From: an uncultured Clostridia bacterium
GTDB taxonomy: Bacteria > Bacillota > Clostridia > TANB77 > CAG-508
Assembly: GCA_944393135.1 (NCBI GenBank)
Contig: CALXZC010000001.1
Location: 141,748-202,322, forward strand
Reading direction: 5' to 3'
DNA: 60,575 nucleotides
The position numbers and the translations under genes were made by a program. Shown piece by piece: positions 9,266 through 17,493 of the stretch (the stretch's first letter is position 1; each line of letters opens with the position of its first letter). The notes below the pieces were generated by a model. That model did no database searches, had not been told where the DNA came from, and worked only from the letters and a program-made list of their open reading frames with translations.

Positions 9266-11818
9266 TTGAGTTCTAATAATTTACAACTATTAAATTCATT
9301 AACAGAAGAAGAAAAAGTAGCAGTTAAAAATATTATTAAAGAAATTGCTAAAACAGGTAAATCAGAACAATTAAAAGATTTATATTACGAAGATTATGAA
9401 GAAATACCTGTAGATTTAGAAACTTTTCTATGTGATGAAATGTATTTAGGGAAATATACAAATTATGGAAAAGATATTTATGATACGTGGAAAAAAGAAT
9501 TAGCGTATGTACACAATCCTATAAACTTTGTAGACCAATGGGCAATTACAGGTTCAACAGGTACAGGTAAATCTACTGTTGCCACATACTCGTTGTGTTA
9601 CGAATTATATAAATTAATGTGTTTAAAAGACCCTAATAGATTTTATTTAGGTGCAAATGAAACAATTTGGTTTTTATTCTTTAACTTAAACTTAAAACTA
9701 GCCGAAAAAACTATGTGGGGTAAATTCCAAAAAGCCTTACAAATGAGTCCTTGGTTTATGGAACGTGGTACAGTTACAGGAAGAAAAAATTTAGTGTATC
9801 AACCAAATAAGGATATAAGATTAGATATAGGTTCTACAGAAGAACACGCTTTATCTGTTGCCGTTATGTTTGTTGCAATAGATGAGATGTCTTTTGGAGC
9901 AAACGATAATGTTGAATATATGCAAACAGGTATGATGGCTATTTATAACCAATTATACTTACGTTTATCTTCTCGTTTTAGTAAAGCGGGTAGAATACAA
10001 GGTAGAATGTATTTAATATCTTCTGCTAAATCTACTAATGCTGTACTTGAAAGTTTTATTCGTGATAATGAAGGTGAACCTGGAATGCACGTAAGTCGTT
10101 ACAAACAATGGGAAGTATTACCGGCTTCTAAATTTAGTGGAAAATGGTTTAAAATTGCTGTTGGAAACGAATTATTAACAAGTTATATAATGGGTGTTAA
10201 TATAAATGAAGAAGAAGTTAAAGAGGCAGAAATGAAAGGATATACTGTTATTGATGTACCACTCGAAATGAAACACAGATTTGAAATGGATTTTAATAGA
10301 ACATTAATAGACAGCTGTGGTATATCTGTACAAAGTAGTTATAAATATATACCTTATAGAATTGTAGAACCTTGTTTAGGAACAGGTATTAATGCTTTTT
10401 CAAAAGAAATAATTAAAACAGGTTTAAAAGATAATTTACAAATAAAAGATTTCTTTTTGTCGGAAGTAGTACCGGAAATATTATATAGTAAAAAAATATA
10501 TATTCACTGTGACTTATCTAAAACCGGGGATATGACAGGAATAAGTGCTGTTGCTGTTTTAGGATATAAAAATCAAGAGCGTTTTACAGATACAGGTGAT
10601 AGTACAACACTTAAAGAAATGGTATTTAGACATATATTTTCTGTTGGATTACAATGTCCACCAAATGATGAATTAAGTATGATTAAAGTTAAAGATTTTA
10701 TACATTATTTAAAATATGACTTAGGTTGGAATATAGCTGGAGTAAGTTGTGACGGTTATCAATCACTTATGTTATTACAAAGTTTAAAGCTTGATGGATT
10801 TACAGTTAAAGAAGTATCTATGGATATTGTTAAAAATAAAGAAGATGTTGGATATACAGTATTTAGAAATGTATTAGTAGAACAAAGAATAAAATTATTA
10901 AAATTGCAAGAATTAATAAAAGAAATAACAAACTTAGAAAGAAATGAATTAACAGGTAAAGTAGACCACCCTAAACAATGTCTTGTTGGTAGTACAAAAA
11001 TTAGATTAGCAGATAACACATACAAAACAATATTAGAATTAAAAAAAGATTTAGAAAACGGTAAAGATAATTATGTGTTGTCATATAATACTTTAAATGG
11101 CAAAATAGAACCACGAAAAATATTAAATGTATGGTATACAGGTAAGAGAAAAGATATGTATAGATTTATATTTAGTAATGGTAAAAATGTTATTTGTACA
11201 AGTAACCACCCATTTTTATTAGATGGTAATACATACGTAGAGGCTAAATTTTTAGCATTATATAATATTTTTAAATGTGTAGATGAAAAAGTAAGTTTAA
11301 TTAATATAGAGGAATTATACAATACTGAATATGATGTATATGATTTAGAGGTTAACTTTACACATAACTTTGCACTTGACGTTGGTGTATTTGTACATAA
11401 TTCAGTTAAAATATTAGATGATGGAACCAGAGTAAAATCGGTTGGAAAAGATATTTCTGATAGTTTAGGTGGTGCTATATACAATGCTACATTGAGTGTT
11501 GACATTAATGAATTAGATTATATGGATAGTGTCATATTAGCAGATGGTGGACTAACTACTTTAACTAATACACAAAATCCAGCAGATAGATTTTTTGGTA
11601 TTTCTAGAAATATAAATGGCACTATTAATTTACAACCACAAGTTCAACCAAGTAAAGATATTAACGAAGATTTAAGTAAAGAAATACAAAAACAAATAAA
11701 TAAATCACAACAAATTGTACAACAAATTAAAAAAGATAATCCTAATACAAAGTTATCAAATGAACAAATAAAAGATTTATATAATGACTTTGTTGATGAT
11801 GGTTTTATAATAATGTAA
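9266..11818 (+). CDS. terL: terminase large subunit, interrupted by a mini-intein
   Basis: TTG start after GGAGGT. Walker A is ITGSTGTGKST and Walker B is MFVAIDEMSF. The C-terminal nuclease region is split by an intein. Confidence 0.85.
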   Translation: MSSNNLQLLNSLTEEEKVAVKNIIKEIAKTGKSEQLKDLYYEDYEEIPVDLETFLCDEMYLGKYTNYGKDIYDTWKKELAYVHNPINFVDQWAITGSTGTGKSTVATYSLCYELYKLMCLKDPNRFYLGANETIWFLFFNLNLKLAEKTMWGKFQKALQMSPWFMERGTVTGRKNLVYQPNKDIRLDIGSTEEHALSVAVMFVAIDEMSFGANDNVEYMQTGMMAIYNQLYLRLSSRFSKAGRIQGRMYLISSAKSTNAVLESFIRDNEGEPGMHVSRYKQWEVLPASKFSGKWFKIAVGNELLTSYIMGVNINEEEVKEAEMKGYTVIDVPLEMKHRFEMDFNRTLIDSCGISVQSSYKYIPYRIVEPCLGTGINAFSKEIIKTGLKDNLQIKDFFLSEVVPEILYSKKIYIHCDLSKTGDMTGISAVAVLGYKNQERFTDTGDSTTLKEMVFRHIFSVGLQCPPNDELSMIKVKDFIHYLKYDLGWNIAGVSCDGYQSLMLLQSLKLDGFTVKEVSMDIVKNKEDVGYTVFRNVLVEQRIKLLKLQELIKEITNLERNELTGKVDHPKQCLVGSTKIRLADNTYKTILELKKDLENGKDNYVLSYNTLNGKIEPRKILNVWYTGKRKDMYRFIFSNGKNVICTSNHPFLLDGNTYVEAKFLALYNIFKCVDEKVSLINIEELYNTEYDVYDLEVNFTHNFALDVGVFVHNSVKILDDGTRVKSVGKDISDSLGGAIYNATLSVDINELDYMDSVILADGGLTTLTNTQNPADRFFGISRNINGTINLQPQVQPSKDINEDLSKEIQKQINKSQQIVQQIKKDNPNTKLSNEQIKDLYNDFVDDGFIIM
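10979..11401 (+). mobile_element. mini-intein (141 aa, no homing endonuclease domain) in TerL
   Basis: Starts CLVGSTKI (block A). TSNHPF is block B (TxxH). Ends VYDLEV..GVFVHN followed by the +1 Ser. Confidence 0.8.
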
Positions 11819-11831
11819 AATATTATTAGAA
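11813..11831 (+). promoter_or_regulatory. late-type promoter motif
   Basis: atGTAAAATATTATTAGAa overlapping the terL stop, 42 nt before ATG 11855. Confidence 0.5.
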
Positions 11832-11854
11832 ATAATTTTTTGGAGGTAGAAATT

Positions 11855-12643
11855 ATGAGTAAAAAGAATGAACAAGTGTTGCCAAATGTAACAAACATTA
11901 AAAGTACAGAAACATACACTTTGCCAAGTAAAGGTCTAGTGTATAATCCAGAGGACAAAATTCCAGCAAGTATTACTTTAAGACGTATGACAACTAAGGA
12001 AGATAAAATCAGAATGAGAAATGAAAGTGATAATTTAATTAGAAAACAAATTTTACAAGCTTGTATTATGGATAAAGATGTTGACGCTGGAAAATTAAAA
12101 ATAATGGATGCCAACTTCTTATTATTTAGATTAAGAAGTCTAAGTTTATTAGATGATATTTATAAAGTAGTTTGTAGATGTAGAAGTTGTGGAACAGAAT
12201 TTATACACGAAGTAGAATTATCCAAAGTTCCAATAGAATATATGTCCGAGTCTAAATTAAAAAATTTCAAAGTAGAATTGCCTATATGTGGTGCTAAAAT
12301 AGATTTTAAATATCCTTCTTTAAATGATATAATCAGAATGAGTGAAGATTTAAATGCTTATATGGAGCAATTTCCAAATGCAGATTTAAATGAAGTAATG
12401 TATACATCATCAAGTGTTTTATATATAGATAAAATAAATGGTGACAGACCTATGCTTGAACAATTAGAGGATTGGATGGATGGTTTAGATATATTAGACA
12501 GTAGAGCACTTGCAGATGTAATAAGAAATGTTGATAATTTATATGGATTTTCAACAAAATTAAAAACTAAATGTCCGAAATGTAGTAGTGAGATAACACA
12601 TGGATTACCAATAACAAGTGAACTATTTAATCCCAGTAAGTAG
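11855..12643 (+). CDS. zinc-ribbon protein, possible tail/baseplate assembly factor
   Basis: ATG 11855 after GGAGGT. Two CxxC pairs (CRCRSCG, CPKCSSE). LPSKGLVY..MTTKEDKI resembles my memory of T4-type baseplate hub proteins; this is unverified. Confidence 0.4.
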   Translation: MSKKNEQVLPNVTNIKSTETYTLPSKGLVYNPEDKIPASITLRRMTTKEDKIRMRNESDNLIRKQILQACIMDKDVDAGKLKIMDANFLLFRLRSLSLLDDIYKVVCRCRSCGTEFIHEVELSKVPIEYMSESKLKNFKVELPICGAKIDFKYPSLNDIIRMSEDLNAYMEQFPNADLNEVMYTSSSVLYIDKINGDRPMLEQLEDWMDGLDILDSRALADVIRNVDNLYGFSTKLKTKCPKCSSEITHGLPITSELFNPSK

Positions 12644-12866
12644 AAAATTAACTAAAGAAGAACAACAATATATTAAAGAAGATTTTGAAAATATATTAAC
12701 ACAACAAATCATAATAAGTCAATTATCCAATGGAATCAGTTATCAAGATACAGAAAATATGGATAATTATGAAAGAATTTTTATATTTAAAAAATTAATT
12801 GATATGAAAAAAGAAGAAAATGATGCAAAACTAAAAGCAATTGAAGATGCTAAACAAAAAAGGTAG
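12618..12866 (+). CDS. hypothetical protein overlapping the previous ORF in the +1 frame (start uncertain)
   Basis: GTG start with no RBS and a 26-nt overlap. Could be reached by a shift from 11855..12643. Confidence 0.35.
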   Translation: MNYLIPVSRKLTKEEQQYIKEDFENILTQQIIISQLSNGISYQDTENMDNYERIFIFKKLIDMKKEENDAKLKAIEDAKQKR

Positions 12867-12891
12867 ATATTAAATATCTACCTTATTTATT
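12861..12891. terminator. bidirectional terminator between convergent genes
   Basis: AGGTAGATAT-TAA-ATATCTACCT hairpin flanked by T/A runs. Confidence 0.6.
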
Positions 12892-13665
12892 GCTAAAATT
12901 TTCTCTTAAATAATTCATATAATCTTTTGGAGTTCCGTAACCGTGTACTTCATCTAATCCAATTCCATCATTATAGTAATCTCTAATACTAGGTGCTAAA
13001 TATTCTCTTAATAATTGTTCCATATAATTATTATAATGTTTTAATCTATATTGTCTAAATTTTTTATAAGTAGGACTCATTACTTTACTATTTATAAGAT
13101 TTTCTAAATTTTTCTCATCTTGTTCTTTAGTTCCATATCTATATTTATTATATACACTAGCTAGATAAAAACATAAGACTATTGTTCCTATTATAGTTGC
13201 TATTGTTAATAATACAGATATTCCTGTATCTAATCCTCTTCCAAAGTATAGAAAAGCACATAATACACCAACAAATATTAATATAAAAGGTAAAAGTGTT
13301 CCAACTAATATTCTACTTATACTTCTTCCGTTTTCATTACTACTTAATAAAAACTTAAATTCTTTTTCCTGTTTTGCTATTTGTACAATATTTGGAGTTT
13401 CATTTATTACAGACTCATTTACATTATTTACTAATTCATTAAATTCTGTTCTATCTACTCCTGTTAATATAGCATAATCTGGTTTATTATAAGAAATTGC
13501 TTCCCTTGCTGCTTCTTTTTGCTGTTCTTGTAACCTTTTAGTTTCTTCTAATAATTTTTCTTGTGTTTCCAATAAATCATATGTGTTTTGAGCATCCTCT
13601 ATCTCTGATATACTTTTTCCTTGCCATCCTATTGAAAGCATTCCAGGTCTTTGATTTTTTGGCAT
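12883..13665 (-). CDS. two-TM membrane protein, function unknown (moron-like)
   Basis: ATG 13665 lies 8 nt after AAAGGAGAG. Hydrophobic segments ILVGTLLPFILIFVGVLCAFLYF and VLLTIATIIGTIVLCFYLA. Confidence 0.6.
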   Translation of the reverse strand: MPKNQRPGMLSIGWQGKSISEIEDAQNTYDLLETQEKLLEETKRLQEQQKEAAREAISYNKPDYAILTGVDRTEFNELVNNVNESVINETPNIVQIAKQEKEFKFLLSSNENGRSISRILVGTLLPFILIFVGVLCAFLYFGRGLDTGISVLLTIATIIGTIVLCFYLASVYNKYRYGTKEQDEKNLENLINSKVMSPTYKKFRQYRLKHYNNYMEQLLREYLAPSIRDYYNDGIGLDEVHGYGTPKDYMNYLRENFSNK

Positions 13666-13695
13666 ATTAATCACTCTCCTTTAATTTTATTATAT

Positions 13696-13896
13696 TTAAT
13701 ATACTATATTACTTAGATACCAATCTTTAAAATATTTAAAATAATTTTTAGCACATTTCTCAGCTTCCTTATCTGTTTCAAACCATATAGCTTCCATTTT
13801 ATCTGTAACCCATTTTAGGGATTTTCCTGGTCCTGACGCTAAATAAAATTCTTTTCCTGTTTTTATTTTCATACAAATTATAGTAAATTCATCCAT
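13696..13896 (-). CDS. small protein, paralogue of 28359..28688
   Basis: ATG 13896 after AAGGAAGGG. C-terminus FETDKEAEKCAKNYFKYFKDWYL compares with FDSKQEATDFAKQYFKNFNKWYI. Confidence 0.55.
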   Translation of the reverse strand: MDEFTIICMKIKTGKEFYLASGPGKSLKWVTDKMEAIWFETDKEAEKCAKNYFKYFKDWYLSNIVY

Positions 13897-13923
13897 ATTA
13901 ATTTCCCTTCCTTTACTATATAT

Positions 13924-13952
13924 ATTATACAATATTTTTTAAAATATGTAAA
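13924..13952 (-). promoter_or_regulatory. sigma70-like promoter for the 13896..12883 cassette
   Basis: On the minus strand: TTTACA, 17 nt ending in TTG, then TATAAT. Nearly identical to the 9169..9197 promoter. Confidence 0.6.
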
Positions 13953-13985
13953 GGGTTTTTATAAAAATAATCAATTTTCTTTAAA

Positions 13986-14004
13986 ATGTAAAATATTATT
14001 AGAA
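13986..14004 (+). promoter_or_regulatory. late-type promoter motif
   Basis: atGTAAAATATTATTAGAa, 50 nt upstream of the tape-measure start. Confidence 0.5.
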
Positions 14005-14034
14005 GTTTATTTTTTACAAGAAGGAGTATATAGT

Positions 14035-17000
14035 ATGCCAAAACGTGGTAAAGGTGATTTATTTAACATAGATAATATTGAAGAAGCAATTAAAGCCATC
14101 GAAGAAATATATAATATAATACAAAAAACAGGTGTATCTGCTCAACAATGGATGAACGACAATGAAGAAATTGTTAAAAAGTATAACGAATTAAAAAGAT
14201 TATCTGCTGACCTTTTCAAACAAGATGAAATGGCAGTTAATGCTAGAAATCAAAAATTTAGAAATGAAATTGAAAAATATCACGAACAAATTAAATATAG
14301 AGAACAACAAATAGAACAGGAAGTACAACTAAGAACAGAAGTAGAAAAAAGACTACAAGCACATAAAGAAATCGTTAGGGCACAAAAAGAACAAGAAAAT
14401 GCAGCAAAACAATCTTTACAATATCAAAAACAATTATCAAAAGAAATGCAAAATTATAATATTGAACTTAAAAAATGGAGTCCTAATAATTTTCTTAGTA
14501 AAAGACAAGATAAATTACAAAGTGATGTTAATAAAAGAACTACTCAAATATTAGATGATTGGGTTAAAAATAACGGAAATATAACAGAATCTAATTACGA
14601 AGAAGTACAAAAAGTATTACAAACAACATTAAATAAAGAATTTGGTGGTAGAGCATTTGGATTAAATCTTGCCGCTCAAGGATTACAAGAAGCTGGAGAA
14701 TTACTTCAAAAAGGAATAAGACAATTAACAAGTTTATTTACAACAGGTATAAATAATCAGTCAAATGCATATGAAAATACATTTACTAATATATCAGTAA
14801 GAAATGGCACAACAAGAAGTCAGTATTATGGAGCACAGTCACAAGTAAATAATATACTTGGAGATATGGGATTAAGAAATAATATAGCAACTTCACAAGT
14901 ACAAGAAATGTGGAATACTCTTGCATCAGAAGGAATTAAAGTTGATTTAACTGACCAAGAAACAACTACAAGAGCAATTGAAACAATATTAACTAATCAA
15001 ATTGTTCCATATTTAGATATGTCATCTTCATATATGCAAAAACTTGCAACAGATAATCCTAATTTAATGAAACAAGTAAGAGGAATAGGAACTTCTATAC
15101 AAAATGTAGAAGGAAGTAATGTAGTTGCAAACGATTATTTACAAGATATGATGGATAGTTTATCTCCTATGGCAGAACTTGCAGAGCAAGAAATAGGATT
15201 ACAATATGCCGATGCTTTAGGACAACTTGAAAATTTAAGAAATCAGGGTTATAGTGATTCACAAATAGGGGAATTATATAATAGTTTAAAAACAATGGTG
15301 GAAGACCCTTATAAGGCACTAACTAGTGGAGATACTTTAATGTCTATGACTGTTGCAGATGTAATAGGTAGTGGAAAAGACTTAAAAGATAGCGGAAATA
15401 TGCTAAGAACATATATGTACAACTTAACAGGACTTGCAAATTCTGTTCCAGAAGGTAATTGGTCAAGTTTATTTGGTGGAATACTTGCTAATTCTTTTGG
15501 TGGAGGTTCTGCTGGACTATGGACAACAACTAATGAAAAAAATATAAATGCTTTCTTATCTTCACAAGCAGGGTATTCAGCATCAAGTGGAGTCACAAGT
15601 TCTGCAAATCTAGCAACTGCCGCATTTGTAGGAGACCAAAATCAAACAAATAAAACATTACAAAATATAACACTTGAAAATTTAATGAATGAATTATCTG
15701 TTATTAACGAGTGGATGGGTAATTGGTCAACATTTATTGTTAATGCTATACAGGGATTAGGAAATATAATATTAAGTGCCGGGGGTATGGCTCTTGGAGG
15801 TAAGTTACTTGGAGGAGGTAGTTTATTAAGTGGTGCAGGTAAAAGTGCCGCTTTAGGAAAAATAGGTACTAGTTTAGCTTCAGTTGGTTATCAAGCAGCA
15901 GGTACAAACGCTTTAGGTATGACAACAGGGCAATTAGCTGCTACAGGTTTAGGTGCTACGGCAGGTGCTGCAGGATTAATTGCAGGAGGAACAGCTCTTG
16001 GAGTAAATGGTATAAGTAATGTTATTTCAGATGTATCAAGTGGGGATATTAATACTGGTACTGGATTTAGTGCTTTACAGGGTGCTGCTGGTTTAGGTGC
16101 TGCCGGAGTAGCTTTAGGTTCTGGAATAAGTGCCGTTGCTGGAGGAGCTGGTTTAGCTGGAGGAATAGCTGCAGCTGCAACAAATCCAGTAGGTTGGGGA
16201 CTACTTATAGCTGCTGGAGTAGGATTAGCAGGTAAAGCAATATATGATAGTGCTAATTCATATAAACAAGCAGGTAAACTAGTAACAGAAGAATTTAATA
16301 ATGTAGCAGATAGTTTACAAGATACTTATGATACACAAGAAGATAATTTATATGAAATAAAAGAAAATTTACAAGACCAAGATACTTTAGAACAAGCCAG
16401 AATTGATTTGATTAATTCAGGTTTATTAACTGAAGAAGAAATAAATAAAGCCAGAACTGCAAACAAAGAAAGTTTGGAAGATTTAACGGATAAGTACATT
16501 GAGGAAACAGGTAGATTATCTGACGACGCAAATAGTTTATTAGATAAATACGAAGAACTGGATAAAGATAATGCAACATCTGTAATGGGCTCTATTAAAG
16601 ATTGGTATGACACCTATAAAAATGTAGAAAATGATACTAATTTTGATACTATGTACAATATGGTAGAAGCTGTTATGAACAGTGAAAATTTCGATAAGTT
16701 ATCAGAGGCTGACCAAGAATTTGCAAATAAACAATGGAGTGTTATACAAACTAAAAAAGCAGAAGGAACTTTAAAACAGTCAGATTTGGAGTGGTTTTTA
16801 GACAGAGGAACAAATGGACATTTATTCTATTCAACTGTTACAGGACAAGCCTTAGAAGATTTTACAAGAAAAGCTATAAATAAGGGTGCTGGAATTGATA
16901 AATATAATGATATTGATGCAAATCTAGTGGCACAATATATATTACCTATAACACAGGCGGATAGCAAGGAAGAAGCAGAAACAGCATTAAAGGCGGCAAA

Positions 17001-17376
17001 AGCGGCAGGATTATCAAGAAGTGACTTCAGTGAAATACAAGATGCTATGGATAAATGGCAAATTTCATCATATCGTCAAGGAACAAATGAAGTTCCAGAA
17101 GACCAATTAGCATATTTACATCAAGGAGAAGCTGTATTAACAGCAAGTACAGCAAATGAATTAAGGAATTTAACAGATACATATAGGGAAACAACAACAC
17201 AATCTTATAATTTAGATGCTATAATACAAAGTCAAACAAGTTCATTAATTACAAAAATGGATGAAATTATAAGAGCTATAACAACAGGAACTTCCACACC
17301 TACAAGTGATACTAATAAAGCTAGTTCAAAATTGTGGAATAGTTTAACATATATACAAAGTACAAAAAACTTTTAA
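14035..17376 (+). CDS. tail tape measure protein
   Basis: 1113 aa with coiled-coil-like ends and a central Gly/Ala-rich hydrophobic block (GGMALGGKLLGGGSLLSGAGKSAALG..). Lies upstream of the baseplate genes. Confidence 0.8.
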   Translation: MPKRGKGDLFNIDNIEEAIKAIEEIYNIIQKTGVSAQQWMNDNEEIVKKYNELKRLSADLFKQDEMAVNARNQKFRNEIEKYHEQIKYREQQIEQEVQLRTEVEKRLQAHKEIVRAQKEQENAAKQSLQYQKQLSKEMQNYNIELKKWSPNNFLSKRQDKLQSDVNKRTTQILDDWVKNNGNITESNYEEVQKVLQTTLNKEFGGRAFGLNLAAQGLQEAGELLQKGIRQLTSLFTTGINNQSNAYENTFTNISVRNGTTRSQYYGAQSQVNNILGDMGLRNNIATSQVQEMWNTLASEGIKVDLTDQETTTRAIETILTNQIVPYLDMSSSYMQKLATDNPNLMKQVRGIGTSIQNVEGSNVVANDYLQDMMDSLSPMAELAEQEIGLQYADALGQLENLRNQGYSDSQIGELYNSLKTMVEDPYKALTSGDTLMSMTVADVIGSGKDLKDSGNMLRTYMYNLTGLANSVPEGNWSSLFGGILANSFGGGSAGLWTTTNEKNINAFLSSQAGYSASSGVTSSANLATAAFVGDQNQTNKTLQNITLENLMNELSVINEWMGNWSTFIVNAIQGLGNIILSAGGMALGGKLLGGGSLLSGAGKSAALGKIGTSLASVGYQAAGTNALGMTTGQLAATGLGATAGAAGLIAGGTALGVNGISNVISDVSSGDINTGTGFSALQGAAGLGAAGVALGSGISAVAGGAGLAGGIAAAATNPVGWGLLIAAGVGLAGKAIYDSANSYKQAGKLVTEEFNNVADSLQDTYDTQEDNLYEIKENLQDQDTLEQARIDLINSGLLTEEEINKARTANKESLEDLTDKYIEETGRLSDDANSLLDKYEELDKDNATSVMGSIKDWYDTYKNVENDTNFDTMYNMVEAVMNSENFDKLSEADQEFANKQWSVIQTKKAEGTLKQSDLEWFLDRGTNGHLFYSTVTGQALEDFTRKAINKGAGIDKYNDIDANLVAQYILPITQADSKEEAETALKAAKAAGLSRSDFSEIQDAMDKWQISSYRQGTNEVPEDQLAYLHQGEAVLTASTANELRNLTDTYRETTTQSYNLDAIIQSQTSSLITKMDEIIRAITTGTSTPTSDTNKASSKLWNSLTYIQSTKNF

Positions 17377-17387
17377 TAATATTTATA

Positions 17388-17420
17388 AAAGACTATTATT
17401 TTAATAGTCTTTTAATTTTC
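17388..17420 (+). terminator. rho-independent terminator
   Basis: AAAGACTATTA-TTT-TAATAGTCTTT hairpin followed by a T-rich tail. Confidence 0.55.
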
Positions 17421-17444
17421 TAAAAAATATGTATTTTTAAAATA

Positions 17445-17466
17445 AAGTAAAATAATAGTAGTAGAA
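17445..17466 (+). promoter_or_regulatory. late-type promoter motif, variant
   Basis: aaGTAAAATAATAGTAGTAGA, 48 nt upstream of ATG 17494. Confidence 0.35.
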
Positions 17467-17493
17467 ATCGTTAATAAGAGAGGTTAATTTTTA

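Noticed and set aside
12618-12643. Canonical -1 slippery heptamer (X XXY YYZ) for a tail-chaperone frameshift
   Set aside because: The second ORF is in the +1 frame, not the -1 frame. No heptamer of that form is present in the overlap.
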